From the IMG/VR virus record IMGVR_UViG_3300035698_026680, positions 1 to 64,000 of that record: a stretch of DNA of 64,000 nucleotides; one strand, written 5' to 3'. Source of the stretch: a virus. Numbering within the stretch: position 1 is the first letter of the stretch; each line of letters begins with the position of its first letter. Below the pieces are notes generated by a model that saw only the letters and a program-made list of their open reading frames with translations, was not told the DNA's origin and searched no databases. Shown in pieces: positions 21,650 through 28,254 of the stretch. The position numbers and the translations under genes were made by a program.

Positions 21650-22009
21650 ATGGAGCAGTCAATGATGCTCGACCCACTTTTTAAAATAGGTGCAATAACC
21701 GCTCTTGTAGAAAGTTCTGTTTTGATAGTCGCATCAGTTTTATACTGGGGAGCATATAAGGAAATGAAGCGCTCTCCCATTATTGGTTCGATTGCTACAA
21801 CAACAGGGGCAGGAGCAATTACCGCCTTTTTAGTAGCAGTAAACTGGCTCTTTCCTGCAAAAATTTGTCTTGTCATTCTTTTATTTTCGAGACTTGTCTT
21901 GATAGTTAGTGTTATAATGTTTATTAAATGTTCTCTAACTTCTGAGCCAATGAAAAAATTTGAAAAAGATATTAAAAATATAAAAAAGGAGAAAAATGGA
22001 AAGGCCTAA
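21650..22009 (+). CDS. multi-TM membrane protein (holin candidate)
   Basis: three hydrophobic segments and a basic tail. Confidence 0.5.
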   Translation: MEQSMMLDPLFKIGAITALVESSVLIVASVLYWGAYKEMKRSPIIGSIATTTGAGAITAFLVAVNWLFPAKICLVILLFSRLVLIVSVIMFIKCSLTSEPMKKFEKDIKNIKKEKNGKA

Positions 22010-22256
22010 ACTAGAAGCTCTTAAAACTCTTGTAAGATGGACGCTCTTTTTTCTTACTGGTGCAACGCTTAGGGGAGTTTTAGTACAGTTAGAAATGCTT
22101 CCTGAGCTACTAAAACCAACAGTTAGCTATGCTGTCCCGCTTTTGATCGGTGCTTTAGACAACTATAAGCACGAATTAGGCAAAGCGAAGGTAAAAGCAT
22201 CGCTAAAAGCCAATGAAGTAGTTGAGTCAAAATCTTATGGAATTTTACCTTTTTAA
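21996..22256 (+). CDS. small membrane protein (holin candidate)
   Basis: two hydrophobic segments; directly upstream of the endolysin. Confidence 0.5.
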   Translation: MERPKLEALKTLVRWTLFFLTGATLRGVLVQLEMLPELLKPTVSYAVPLLIGALDNYKHELGKAKVKASLKANEVVESKSYGILPF

Positions 22257-22328
22257 GAGTAAAAATTAAGAATAAAAGCAAAAATAATCAAATTACTCAT
22301 CAATGAGTGAAATGATGCTTGTTAAGCT

Positions 22329-23129
22329 ATGTTAAAACGACCCGTTGGCAAAAAATACAGAGTTTCACAGAAATTTGGCAATAAACTATACCTAAATGGT
22401 AAGGATATTTACGGTCAATGGGGTTTAAAGGGTCATAATGGTATAGATTATGCTACTCCAATAGGGACACCCCTTTATGCCGCTCACGATGGAATTGTCA
22501 AAGAAAAAAGATACGATACCAATGGATACGGAAAATACCTAAAAATTGAAAGCGCAACACAGGGTTCAATCTATGCCCACTTGTCAGATCGAAAAGTTAA
22601 TATTAATCAAAGAGTCGAAGAAGGACAATTAATTGGTTATACGGGGAATACTGGATTTTCTACCGCACCGCATTTGCATTGGGGCTGGTATCCAGTTCCA
22701 AGAAATCGCAAAAACGGGTATAATGGCTATGAAGATCAAGAGCCCTATATAGAAAATGAGGTGGATATTATGATTCGCAAATTTCTTGTTAGTAAAGGGT
22801 ATATTAGTCCTAAAGCCCATCTTGGTGTTGTTAAAGCAATGCACAAGTCAGACTTGGATTTGAAGTCTGGAAAATATATAATAAAAACGGAATGCGAGCA
22901 ACAACTTAGAGCAACGGAAAATAAACTAAGAAGGGAATTTAAGGGAGAAACAGAAAAAGCAGTTGAAAGTGCTATTAAGCAAGCGAAAAAGGATTGTAAG
23001 GATGAGAATGAGAAACAGACAAAGGAAATAAAAGAGATCAAAAAAAGTACTGTCTATAAAGTGGTAGTCTTTATTAAAGGTCTTCTTAAAGTATTAAAGA
23101 TTCAAGCGTTAAAAATTATTAAAAAATAG
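22329..23129 (+). CDS. M23 peptidase endolysin
   Basis: HNGIDY, YAHL and GNTGFSTAPHLH motifs. Confidence 0.9.
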   Translation: MLKRPVGKKYRVSQKFGNKLYLNGKDIYGQWGLKGHNGIDYATPIGTPLYAAHDGIVKEKRYDTNGYGKYLKIESATQGSIYAHLSDRKVNINQRVEEGQLIGYTGNTGFSTAPHLHWGWYPVPRNRKNGYNGYEDQEPYIENEVDIMIRKFLVSKGYISPKAHLGVVKAMHKSDLDLKSGKYIIKTECEQQLRATENKLRREFKGETEKAVESAIKQAKKDCKDENEKQTKEIKEIKKSTVYKVVVFIKGLLKVLKIQALKIIKK

Positions 23130-23140
23130 GAGAAAGATAA

Positions 23141-23413
23141 ATGGCCGATACTGTACCTGGAAGTTTAACATCTCAAAGGGGCCAAGTAACCAAATATCTT
23201 TATTATCGGGAAGATTCGGAACTTAACGAGCCTAACTACAATCATAATGCCGAAGCAACGGGGAAACAGGGAAGCGATTCGCTTCAAGGTATTCCACAAG
23301 CTGAAGTAGATGCTTTTTTGGCTGCCTATGGTTGGACTTCGGGTGGAGAAGTTTTATCTTATAATCCGATAACCGATAGATATGCGGTTAAAAATGGTTC
23401 GTATGTTTTATAG
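23141..23413 (+). CDS. hypothetical protein
   Basis: ORF with AGGAG RBS. Confidence 0.65.
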   Translation: MADTVPGSLTSQRGQVTKYLYYREDSELNEPNYNHNAEATGKQGSDSLQGIPQAEVDAFLAAYGWTSGGEVLSYNPITDRYAVKNGSYVL

Positions 23414-23455
23414 CAAAAGGTTTAGTTTTATTTATTAATTAATCAGGAGGAAGAT

Positions 23456-23662
23456 ATGACTGGAAGTACACCAAATACTCCAACCAGAATGCCAAATGTC
23501 CCAACTGGGCCAAGAGCGACTTCTAAAGGATCTAAAAGCAAGGTCATGCGACCTATGCCAAAGGCAGGGGGAACTACCATGGGTAAAACTCCACCTTCAA
23601 ACAAGAGATCAGTAAGTCCTAAATCCCAAAGTCAGACCGTTCAGGGTGGACCAAAGAAATAA
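23456..23662 (+). CDS. small basic P/T/S/K-rich disordered protein
   Basis: AGGAGG RBS; no acidic residues. Confidence 0.65.
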   Translation: MTGSTPNTPTRMPNVPTGPRATSKGSKSKVMRPMPKAGGTTMGKTPPSNKRSVSPKSQSQTVQGGPKK

Positions 23663-23690
23663 TTCTTTTCATTAGTGCACTGGTGAGAAG

Positions 23691-23732
23691 AAAAAAGAAT
23701 AGGGTAGTTTTTAAGCTACCCTATTTTTATTT
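23691..23732. terminator. bidirectional intrinsic terminator between the converging late and tRNA operons
   Basis: AATAGGGTAG/CTACCCTATT stem flanked by an A tract and a T tract. Confidence 0.85.
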
Positions 23733-23751
23733 CACTTATTGATGAGTAAAT

Positions 23752-23827
23752 TGGAGCTAGTGGTTGGTCTCGAACCAACTGCCTTCTCGTTACAAAGGAG
23801 ATGCTCTGCCAGATGAGCTACACCAGC
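23752..23827 (-). tRNA. tRNA-Thr(TGT)
   Basis: cloverleaf; loop TTTGTAA; CCA encoded; C31-C39 mismatch. Confidence 0.9.
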
Positions 23828-24084
23828 TTATAAGTTCTTCCTGGGAACAAGACTGTAGCAATGTTCCCTGCATTCGTATCATAAACCACTATAAACTTCT
23901 TTCCTAGTAGAGAAACTTGATGGACTGTTCTACTAGGTGTTTGTCTTCCTAAAAAGATACTAATTCCGTTTTTAACCTGTTGGCAAAGTTTTCGATATTC
24001 TTTTCCGCTAATCCTAATATCATATCTCTCTAATAATCTTCTCCTAAAATGGATATGATTATTTCTCTTTTTTGATCTACCCAT
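23818..24084 (-). CDS. 88-aa tRNA-embedded protein, possible DUF4258/BECR-fold RNase
   Basis: ATG one base after the tRNA-Phe discriminator; HFRRRLLER and IVVYD..IATV motifs; stop inside tRNA-Thr. Confidence 0.6.
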   Translation of the reverse strand: MGRSKKRNNHIHFRRRLLERYDIRISGKEYRKLCQQVKNGISIFLGRQTPSRTVHQVSLLGKKFIVVYDTNAGNIATVLFPGRTYKLV

Positions 24085-24085
24085 G

Positions 24086-24160
24086 TGGGACTTTGTGGAA
24101 TCGAACCACAGCTTTCTGTTTTTCAGACAGACGCGCAATAACCAACTACGCTAAAGTCCC
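24086..24160 (-). tRNA. tRNA-Phe(GAA)
   Basis: TCTGT CTGAAAA ACAGA. Confidence 0.9.
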
Positions 24161-24165
24161 CTTTG

Positions 24166-24239
24166 AGCCCTGAGTCAGAATCGAACTGACGCATAGTGGG
24201 TTTGCAAGCCACCGCGTTAAACCACTTCGCCACCAGGGC
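24166..24239 (-). tRNA. tRNA-Cys(GCA)
   Basis: loop TTGCAAA; U73; C31-C39 mismatch. Confidence 0.9.
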
Positions 24240-24243
24240 TTAG

Positions 24244-24314
24244 TGACCCTACGGGGTTACGATCCCCGCCTTCTGGTTAGAAAGACCAGCGTCCTGCCAT
24301 TAGACTATAGGGCC
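24244..24314 (-). tRNA. tRNA-Glu(TTC), atypical
   Basis: CTGGT CTTTCTA ACCAG; U37; T-loop ATCGTAA. Confidence 0.75.
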
Positions 24315-24318
24315 TGAG

Positions 24319-24390
24319 TGACGCTACAGGGAATCGAACCCTGCCTGCTAAGTTGAGAACCTAGTGTCCTAACCGATAGACGATAGCGCC
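24319..24390 (-). tRNA. tRNA-Glu(CTC)
   Basis: CTAGG TTCTCAA CTTAG. Confidence 0.9.
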
Positions 24391-24394
24391 TTAG

Positions 24395-24485
24395 CGGAAG
24401 CAATAGGACTCGAACCTATGTTGCTGTTTGACGAGCAAACCAGTTTAGCAAACTGGCACGGCTAGCCTTCACCGAAACTACTTCC
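24395..24485 (-). tRNA. tRNA-Ser(GCT)
   Basis: CCAGT TTGCTAA ACTGG; long variable arm; G73; atypical D-arm. Confidence 0.85.
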
Positions 24486-24489
24486 ATGT

Positions 24490-24548
24490 AGCAGCGATAG
24501 ATTTTGTTCCAAACCGATCAAAATTCAGAAGTGTTCTCTATCGTTGCT
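24490..24548 (-). ncRNA. structured spacer hairpin (candidate ncRNA)
   Basis: 12-bp terminal stem AGCAACGATAGA/TCTATCGCTGCT with one mismatch; fills the Val-Ser spacer. Confidence 0.4.
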
Positions 24549-24549
24549 G

Positions 24550-24622
24550 TGCTCGATGACGGATTCGAACCGCCGACGCTCGGTATGTAAAACCGACGCT
24601 CTGGCCACTGAGCTAATCGAGC
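24550..24622 (-). tRNA. tRNA-Val(TAC)
   Basis: TCGGT TTTACAT ACCGA. Confidence 0.92.
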
Positions 24623-24626
24623 ATTG

Positions 24627-24698
24627 TAGGCCAAGTTGGGATCGAACCAACGACTCCCACTTCATCAGAGTGGTACTCTGCCACTGAGTTACTGGCCT
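24627..24698 (-). tRNA. tRNA-Ile(GAT)
   Basis: CCACT CTGATGA AGTGG; G37. Confidence 0.9.
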
Positions 24699-24703
24699 AT
24701 GTG

Positions 24704-24778
24704 TGCACCTAGTAGGACTCGAACCTACAGCCTACTGTTTCGAAGACAGTCGGCTCTGTCCAATTGAGCTATAAGTGC
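24704..24778 (-). tRNA. tRNA-Arg(TCG)
   Basis: ACTGT CTTCGAA ACAGT. Confidence 0.9.
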
Positions 24779-24782
24779 TTTG

Positions 24783-24856
24783 TGAGTCTGGATGGATTCG
24801 AACCATCGACACCCTAGTTAAGAGCTAGGTGCTCTGGCCAACTGAGCTACAGACCC
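24783..24856 (-). tRNA. tRNA-Lys(CTT)
   Basis: CCTAG CTCTTAA CTAGG. Confidence 0.95.
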
Positions 24857-24972
24857 TTGTTGAAATGATATCTAAGCCACCATTTATGAATCATTCTTGA
24901 CCAAAAGCCGTTTTTAGGAATCCTTTTATTTTTCCTTGTATTCCTGCTTTTGTTTTTCTTTTTATGATTCAT
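24847..24972 (-). CDS. 41-aa basic peptide between the two tRNA-Lys genes
   Basis: MNHKKKNKSRNTRKNKRIPKNGFWSRMIHKWWLRYHFNKGL; ATG right after tRNA-Lys(TTT); stop is T8-A9-G10 of tRNA-Lys(CTT). Confidence 0.5.
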   Translation of the reverse strand: MNHKKKNKSRNTRKNKRIPKNGFWSRMIHKWWLRYHFNKGL

Positions 24973-24973
24973 G

Positions 24974-25047
24974 TGAGTCCAGATGGAATCGAACCATCGA
25001 CCTGCAGGTTAAAAGCCTGTTGCTCTGCCGGACTGAGCTATGGACCC
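24974..25047 (-). tRNA. tRNA-Lys(TTT)
   Basis: CAGG CTTTTAA CCTG. Confidence 0.92.
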
Positions 25048-25049
25048 AA

Positions 25050-25292
25050 TTATCCGCTACTTAGGAAAATTCCTGGCATACAAGGACATTCAAAAGTATA
25101 AGGATCGCCCTTGACTTGTTTCAGCTTTTTTCCACAATTAGCGCATTTATTATTTTTTACTAGACTAAGAAGGTACTTGTTTGCCTTTTGGCAATCTTTA
25201 CAAGTATCTTGATTATGCCCCTTTTTCTTGCCAAGATTTTTCGTCAAATGTTCTAAACAAGGCTTAATTTTTTTCGGTGCATGCTTAATCAT
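25050..25292 (-). CDS. 80-aa Cys-rich (zinc-binding) tRNA-embedded protein
   Basis: CxxH, CxxC, CxxC, CxC; the A of ATG is the terminal A of the tRNA-Ser CCA. Confidence 0.6.
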   Translation of the reverse strand: MIKHAPKKIKPCLEHLTKNLGKKKGHNQDTCKDCQKANKYLLSLVKNNKCANCGKKLKQVKGDPYTFECPCMPGIFLSSG

Positions 25293-25381
25293 GGCGGAAG
25301 GTGTAGGACTCGAACCTACACGACCTTGCGGCCTGCTTGTTTTCAAGACAAGGGCGATATCCAATTACGCTTTAACCTTCC
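25292..25381 (-). tRNA. tRNA-Ser(TGA)
   Basis: CTTGT CTTGAAA ACAAG; long variable arm; G73; CCA encoded. Confidence 0.9.
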
Positions 25382-25385
25382 TTTG

Positions 25386-25456
25386 TCGCTAGGTCGGGAG
25401 TCGAACCCGAACTTTCAGATTATGAGCCTGATGTGCGGCCTTTACACTACCCAGCA
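25386..25456 (-). tRNA. tRNA-Met(CAT)
   Basis: TCAGG CTCATAA TCTGA; U1-G72. Confidence 0.85.
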
Positions 25457-25460
25457 TTTG

Positions 25461-25534
25461 TGCCTGAAAAGAGATTCGAACTCTTACAGTACCGGTTTTA
25501 AGCCGATTGTGTCTACCAATTGCACCATTCAGGC
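25461..25534 (-). tRNA. tRNA-Leu(TAA), short variable loop
   Basis: ATCGG CTTAAAA CCGGT; 5-nt variable loop. Confidence 0.88.
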
Positions 25535-25540
25535 TTTAGG

Positions 25541-25625
25541 CCAAGGAGTCGTAAGACCTTTCGCCAGAGCTAATTTTTATCTAGAAACAATTAGCAACTT
25601 CATCATCCATTTCAAGATGCCTTGG
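25541..25625. ncRNA. multi-stem structured spacer (candidate ncRNA)
   Basis: closing stem CCAAGG/CCTTGG enclosing three hairpins. Confidence 0.4.
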
Positions 25626-25698
25626 TAGGCGGGGCAGGAGTTGAACCTGCTTCCTTCTCTTTATAAGAGAGATGCTCCTTCCGTCAAGCTGACCGCCT
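25623..25698 (-). tRNA. tRNA-Ile(TAT)
   Basis: TCTCT CTTATAA AGAGA; CCA encoded. Confidence 0.85.
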
Positions 25699-25702
25699 AT
25701 AG

Positions 25703-25775
25703 TGCCTTCAACAGGAATCGAACCTGTAGTCTACTCCTTAGAAGGGAGTTGCTTTATCCGTTAAGCTACAAAGGC
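25703..25775 (-). tRNA. tRNA-Arg(TCT)
   Basis: ACTCC CTTCTAA GGAGT. Confidence 0.92.
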
Positions 25776-25779
25776 TTAG

Positions 25780-25851
25780 TGCGCCGACCAGGAATCGAAC
25801 CTGGGTCTAGGGCTTAGGAAGCCCCCATTCTATCCGCTAAACTACCAGCGC
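25780..25851 (-). tRNA. tRNA-Arg(CCT)
   Basis: GGGGC TTCCTAA GCCCT. Confidence 0.9.
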
Positions 25852-25853
25852 AT

Positions 25854-25946
25854 TCCTTGGCTTATTAATAAGTGACAGTGGCCGTCTGTCATGCAGTGGG
25901 AACTGCTCGTATTTTTTGACCCAGTGTTTCGCTGGGCTCCTTGGCT
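25854..25946. ncRNA. structured spacer bracketed by TCCTTGGCT direct repeats
   Basis: hairpins TGACAG/CTGTCA, GCAGT/ACTGC and CCCAG/CTGGG. Confidence 0.4.
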
Positions 25947-25947
25947 G

Positions 25948-26021
25948 TGCCTAAGATTGGATTCGAACCAACACTGTCGGGGTTTTGAATCCCGTATCTC
26001 TACCGATTGGATTACTTAGGC
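25948..26021 (-). tRNA. tRNA-Leu(CAA), short variable loop
   Basis: CGGG A TTCAAAA C CCCG; A31-C39 mismatch. Confidence 0.88.
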
Positions 26022-26025
26022 TTAA

Positions 26026-26121
26026 AAGAACTATGGGGGCGACAATCCCCATCGTACCGCTTTCGTTATCTTGCGACCTACTCACGACCCGCAGTAGAGC
26101 CTTTCTGCATTTATAGTTCTT
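26026..26121 (-). ncRNA. tRNA-like ncRNA without an anticodon arm
   Basis: AAGAACT/AGTTCTT acceptor-like stem; D-like GCAG/CTGC arm; T-like ATGGGG/CCCCAT arm. Confidence 0.45.
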
Positions 26122-26123
26122 AG

Positions 26124-26198
26124 TAGCCGATACAGGACTCGAACCTGTAAAACCTTGTTTCTAAAACAAGTATGTATACCAAATTCCATCAATCGGCC
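26124..26198 (-). tRNA. tRNA-Leu(TAG), short variable loop
   Basis: CTTGT TTTAGAA ACAAG; A37. Confidence 0.88.
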
Positions 26199-26245
26199 AT
26201 AAAGTGAGATATTATCAAAAAGAGAGATATTTTAAAGTGCAAATG

Positions 26246-26328
26246 TGCCGCCTATAGGAATCGAACCTATCTGGCCTTACGACAACAGCTTTACAGGCTG
26301 CCCCACCTCCTTAATGGACTACGACGGC
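26246..26328 (-). tRNA. tRNA-Tyr(GTA)
   Basis: GCAGC CTGTAAA GCTGT; long variable arm. Confidence 0.85.
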
Positions 26329-26370
26329 ATTAATCTATTTTAACACACCATTTCAATTAACCGCTTAAAA

Positions 26371-26468
26371 GAGACTCTCTAGTGTGGCTACTTCTACCAT
26401 TCTAGAGCGGTATGAATTTATCGAAACACGTGAAGGGCAAGTACTTCCCGACCTTCTCAAGCAGTCTC
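26371..26468. ncRNA. structured element upstream of the tRNA array
   Basis: GAGACT/AGTCTC closing stem; CTCTAG/CTAGAG and GAAGG/CCTTC arms. Confidence 0.3.
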
Positions 26469-26482
26469 ATCCAAATTGTTAA

Positions 26483-26614
26483 TTACTTTTTAACCCAAAG
26501 TCCATATTTCCCACAATTAGGACATTTAATTTGATAATGAGTTTTGCTCATTTTTTCAGCCCATGCATGAAATTGAATATATCCCTGTGGTTTTTTGGTA
26601 TGTTTACATTTCAT
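26483..26614 (-). CDS. 43-aa zinc-finger-like protein
   Basis: MKCKHTKKPQGYIQFHAWAEKMSKTHYQIKCPNCGKYGLWVKK. Confidence 0.6.
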   Translation of the reverse strand: MKCKHTKKPQGYIQFHAWAEKMSKTHYQIKCPNCGKYGLWVKK

Positions 26615-26783
26615 ATTGTCAATTGAAAGAAACAATCCCAGGGTAAGCATAATAAAAGTTACGATGATATCCCCGCGGATTCACCCAAACCGATTTTATT
26701 TTTGCCATTCGTATCGGACAAAACAAAACCGATGTCATTTCAAAGAGCAATTCCTTCTTACTTCCTTTTATCATATTACTTAT

Positions 26784-26812
26784 ATTATATCAAAAAGAGA
26801 GATATTTATCAC
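26784..26812 (-). promoter_or_regulatory. promoter of the minus-strand tRNA operon
   Basis: GTGATA-17-TATAAT with extended -10 TG. Confidence 0.7.
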
Positions 26813-26988
26813 GAGTTAGTTAGGCTTATGAGGGAGACACCACCCCACGCCTAGTAAATAATTCTAACAATAGCCCCCCCCGTCTAAATAGCGAGCATTA
26901 GCTAGTCTTTTCGTGAGTTTGAGTCCTAAGCCCTTATTTTACTTATAGGCAGTCTTGCTATGGAATAGTTTTATATAGTAATTGACAG

Positions 26989-27017
26989 TTGATTCTTATC
27001 TCCCCATTTGATATGAT
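26989..27017 (+). promoter_or_regulatory. divergent early promoter
   Basis: TTGATT-17-TATGAT with extended -10 TG. Confidence 0.65.
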
Positions 27018-27088
27018 ATATATAGAATACAAACAAAGCAAACAAATTAAATTACTTTTATCTCAGCTTATGAAAGGAGAATTATAAA

Positions 27089-27229
27089 ATGATTGCTAAA
27101 GATATATTCAAAGTTCAAAAGGCGCTTGCGCAGCAAGACGAATTTTACGAAGAAAATAAGTATATTTTTGAAGAAATAGTCAAGCTATTAAATGCAACAA
27201 GTCTTGACTTAAAGTTAATTAAAAAATAA
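27089..27229 (+). CDS. 46-aa hypothetical protein
   Basis: AAGGAG RBS; first ORF after the promoter; not in the track. Confidence 0.6.
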   Translation: MIAKDIFKVQKALAQQDEFYEENKYIFEEIVKLLNATSLDLKLIKK

Positions 27230-27303
27230 TTCGAGCTTGTTTTAGCTTACTAGCAATAGCGAGCTAAGACAAATTCAAATAACATAATTATTAAATTCAA
27301 ACT

Positions 27304-27504
27304 ATGAAAGTAGCAGACTTAAATATCAATCAATCGCTGAAAACTAAACGCATTCTTCTTCATCTTGCTTATCTTCTAGAAGAGAAAGTCAAAAACAAAA
27401 ATTGTAATTGCAAAGAGCATTACAATGGCATTATCAAAGATGCTTACGAATTAAACGATTTCTTTAATAAAAAGATTCAAGCTTATAAAGACGCAAGAGA
27501 ATAA
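27304..27504 (+). CDS. hypothetical protein
   Basis: ORF in a co-oriented run. Confidence 0.6.
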   Translation: MKVADLNINQSLKTKRILLHLAYLLEEKVKNKNCNCKEHYNGIIKDAYELNDFFNKKIQAYKDARE

Positions 27505-27540
27505 AAAGATAAATAAACAGATTGGGGGTGAGACACAAAT

Positions 27541-27750
27541 ATGATAGTAAAAGAGTTTAAAGCAAAAGCTAAAAAAGAAAACGGCTATACAGCTAATGGC
27601 GAATACAGAAAGTTCTATAATCAAGCGAAAAACGAGCTAGTTAAGCGCCATAACGACGAACACAAAGCGATTATGCTTGAGCTAGGCTATAAACCAGCGC
27701 CTAAGAAAGTAAAGAAAATAGAGAAGAAAGAAGTAGTTAAGAAACAATAA
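27541..27750 (+). CDS. hypothetical protein
   Basis: GGGGGTGA RBS. Confidence 0.65.
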   Translation: MIVKEFKAKAKKENGYTANGEYRKFYNQAKNELVKRHNDEHKAIMLELGYKPAPKKVKKIEKKEVVKKQ

Positions 27751-27913
27751 GAGCTTTATCTAGCTCTTTATACGCATAGAGAGCTAGGATAAGCCCCTTA
27801 AACTATAGGCTAAAACAGTTTTATGGTTTACCCCTATAGAAACTTAATGAATTAGGCTTAAAACGAGAAATAGCAAGAATTAACTATAGGATAACAGAAA
27901 GGAGATAATAGGC

Positions 27914-28159
27914 GTGGAATACACAAACAGCATATTCGTATTAGCTTTTACAGCAGGACTCTTTTGCTTAATAAGCGGAATAGAGATGAGCGTAGCAGAC
28001 GCTAGAAAGAAACTTAATAAACGCAATTACATGAGAGCTTATAGAGCTAATAAAAGCGTTAAAAGCGTTAAAATCAAGGCTAAAAGCGTTAAAAAAGATA
28101 TATTAGTAAATGATTTTAATGGAGAGAGTTTTAAGATTAAAAGGATAGCCTTAGCTTAA
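27914..28159 (+). CDS. small membrane-anchored basic protein
   Basis: AAGGAG RBS; N-terminal hydrophobic segment; KSV repeats. Confidence 0.6.
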   Translation: MEYTNSIFVLAFTAGLFCLISGIEMSVADARKKLNKRNYMRAYRANKSVKSVKIKAKSVKKDILVNDFNGESFKIKRIALA

Positions 28160-28254
28160 TTTTACAATCCTTTTACTCATTCTCTATAGTATTCTAGGTA
28201 GCAGAGATTAGCTATAAAACCTGCTACAAAAGCGTCATAAGACGAAAACAACGA

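Noticed and set aside
1814-23041. Many short minus-strand ORFs in the structural region, and similar ones in 28-62 kb
   Set aside because: Antisense shadows of long plus-strand genes, without RBS or motifs
25386-25456. Initiator tRNA-fMet call
   Set aside because: Weak 1-72 pair, but it lacks the three consecutive G-C anticodon-stem pairs and the purine11-pyrimidine24 pair; left as Met(CAT)
24486-26470. tRNA-associated HDV-like (theta), hammerhead or twister ribozymes in the spacers
   Set aside because: I could not match the core consensus by eye; this needs a motif search
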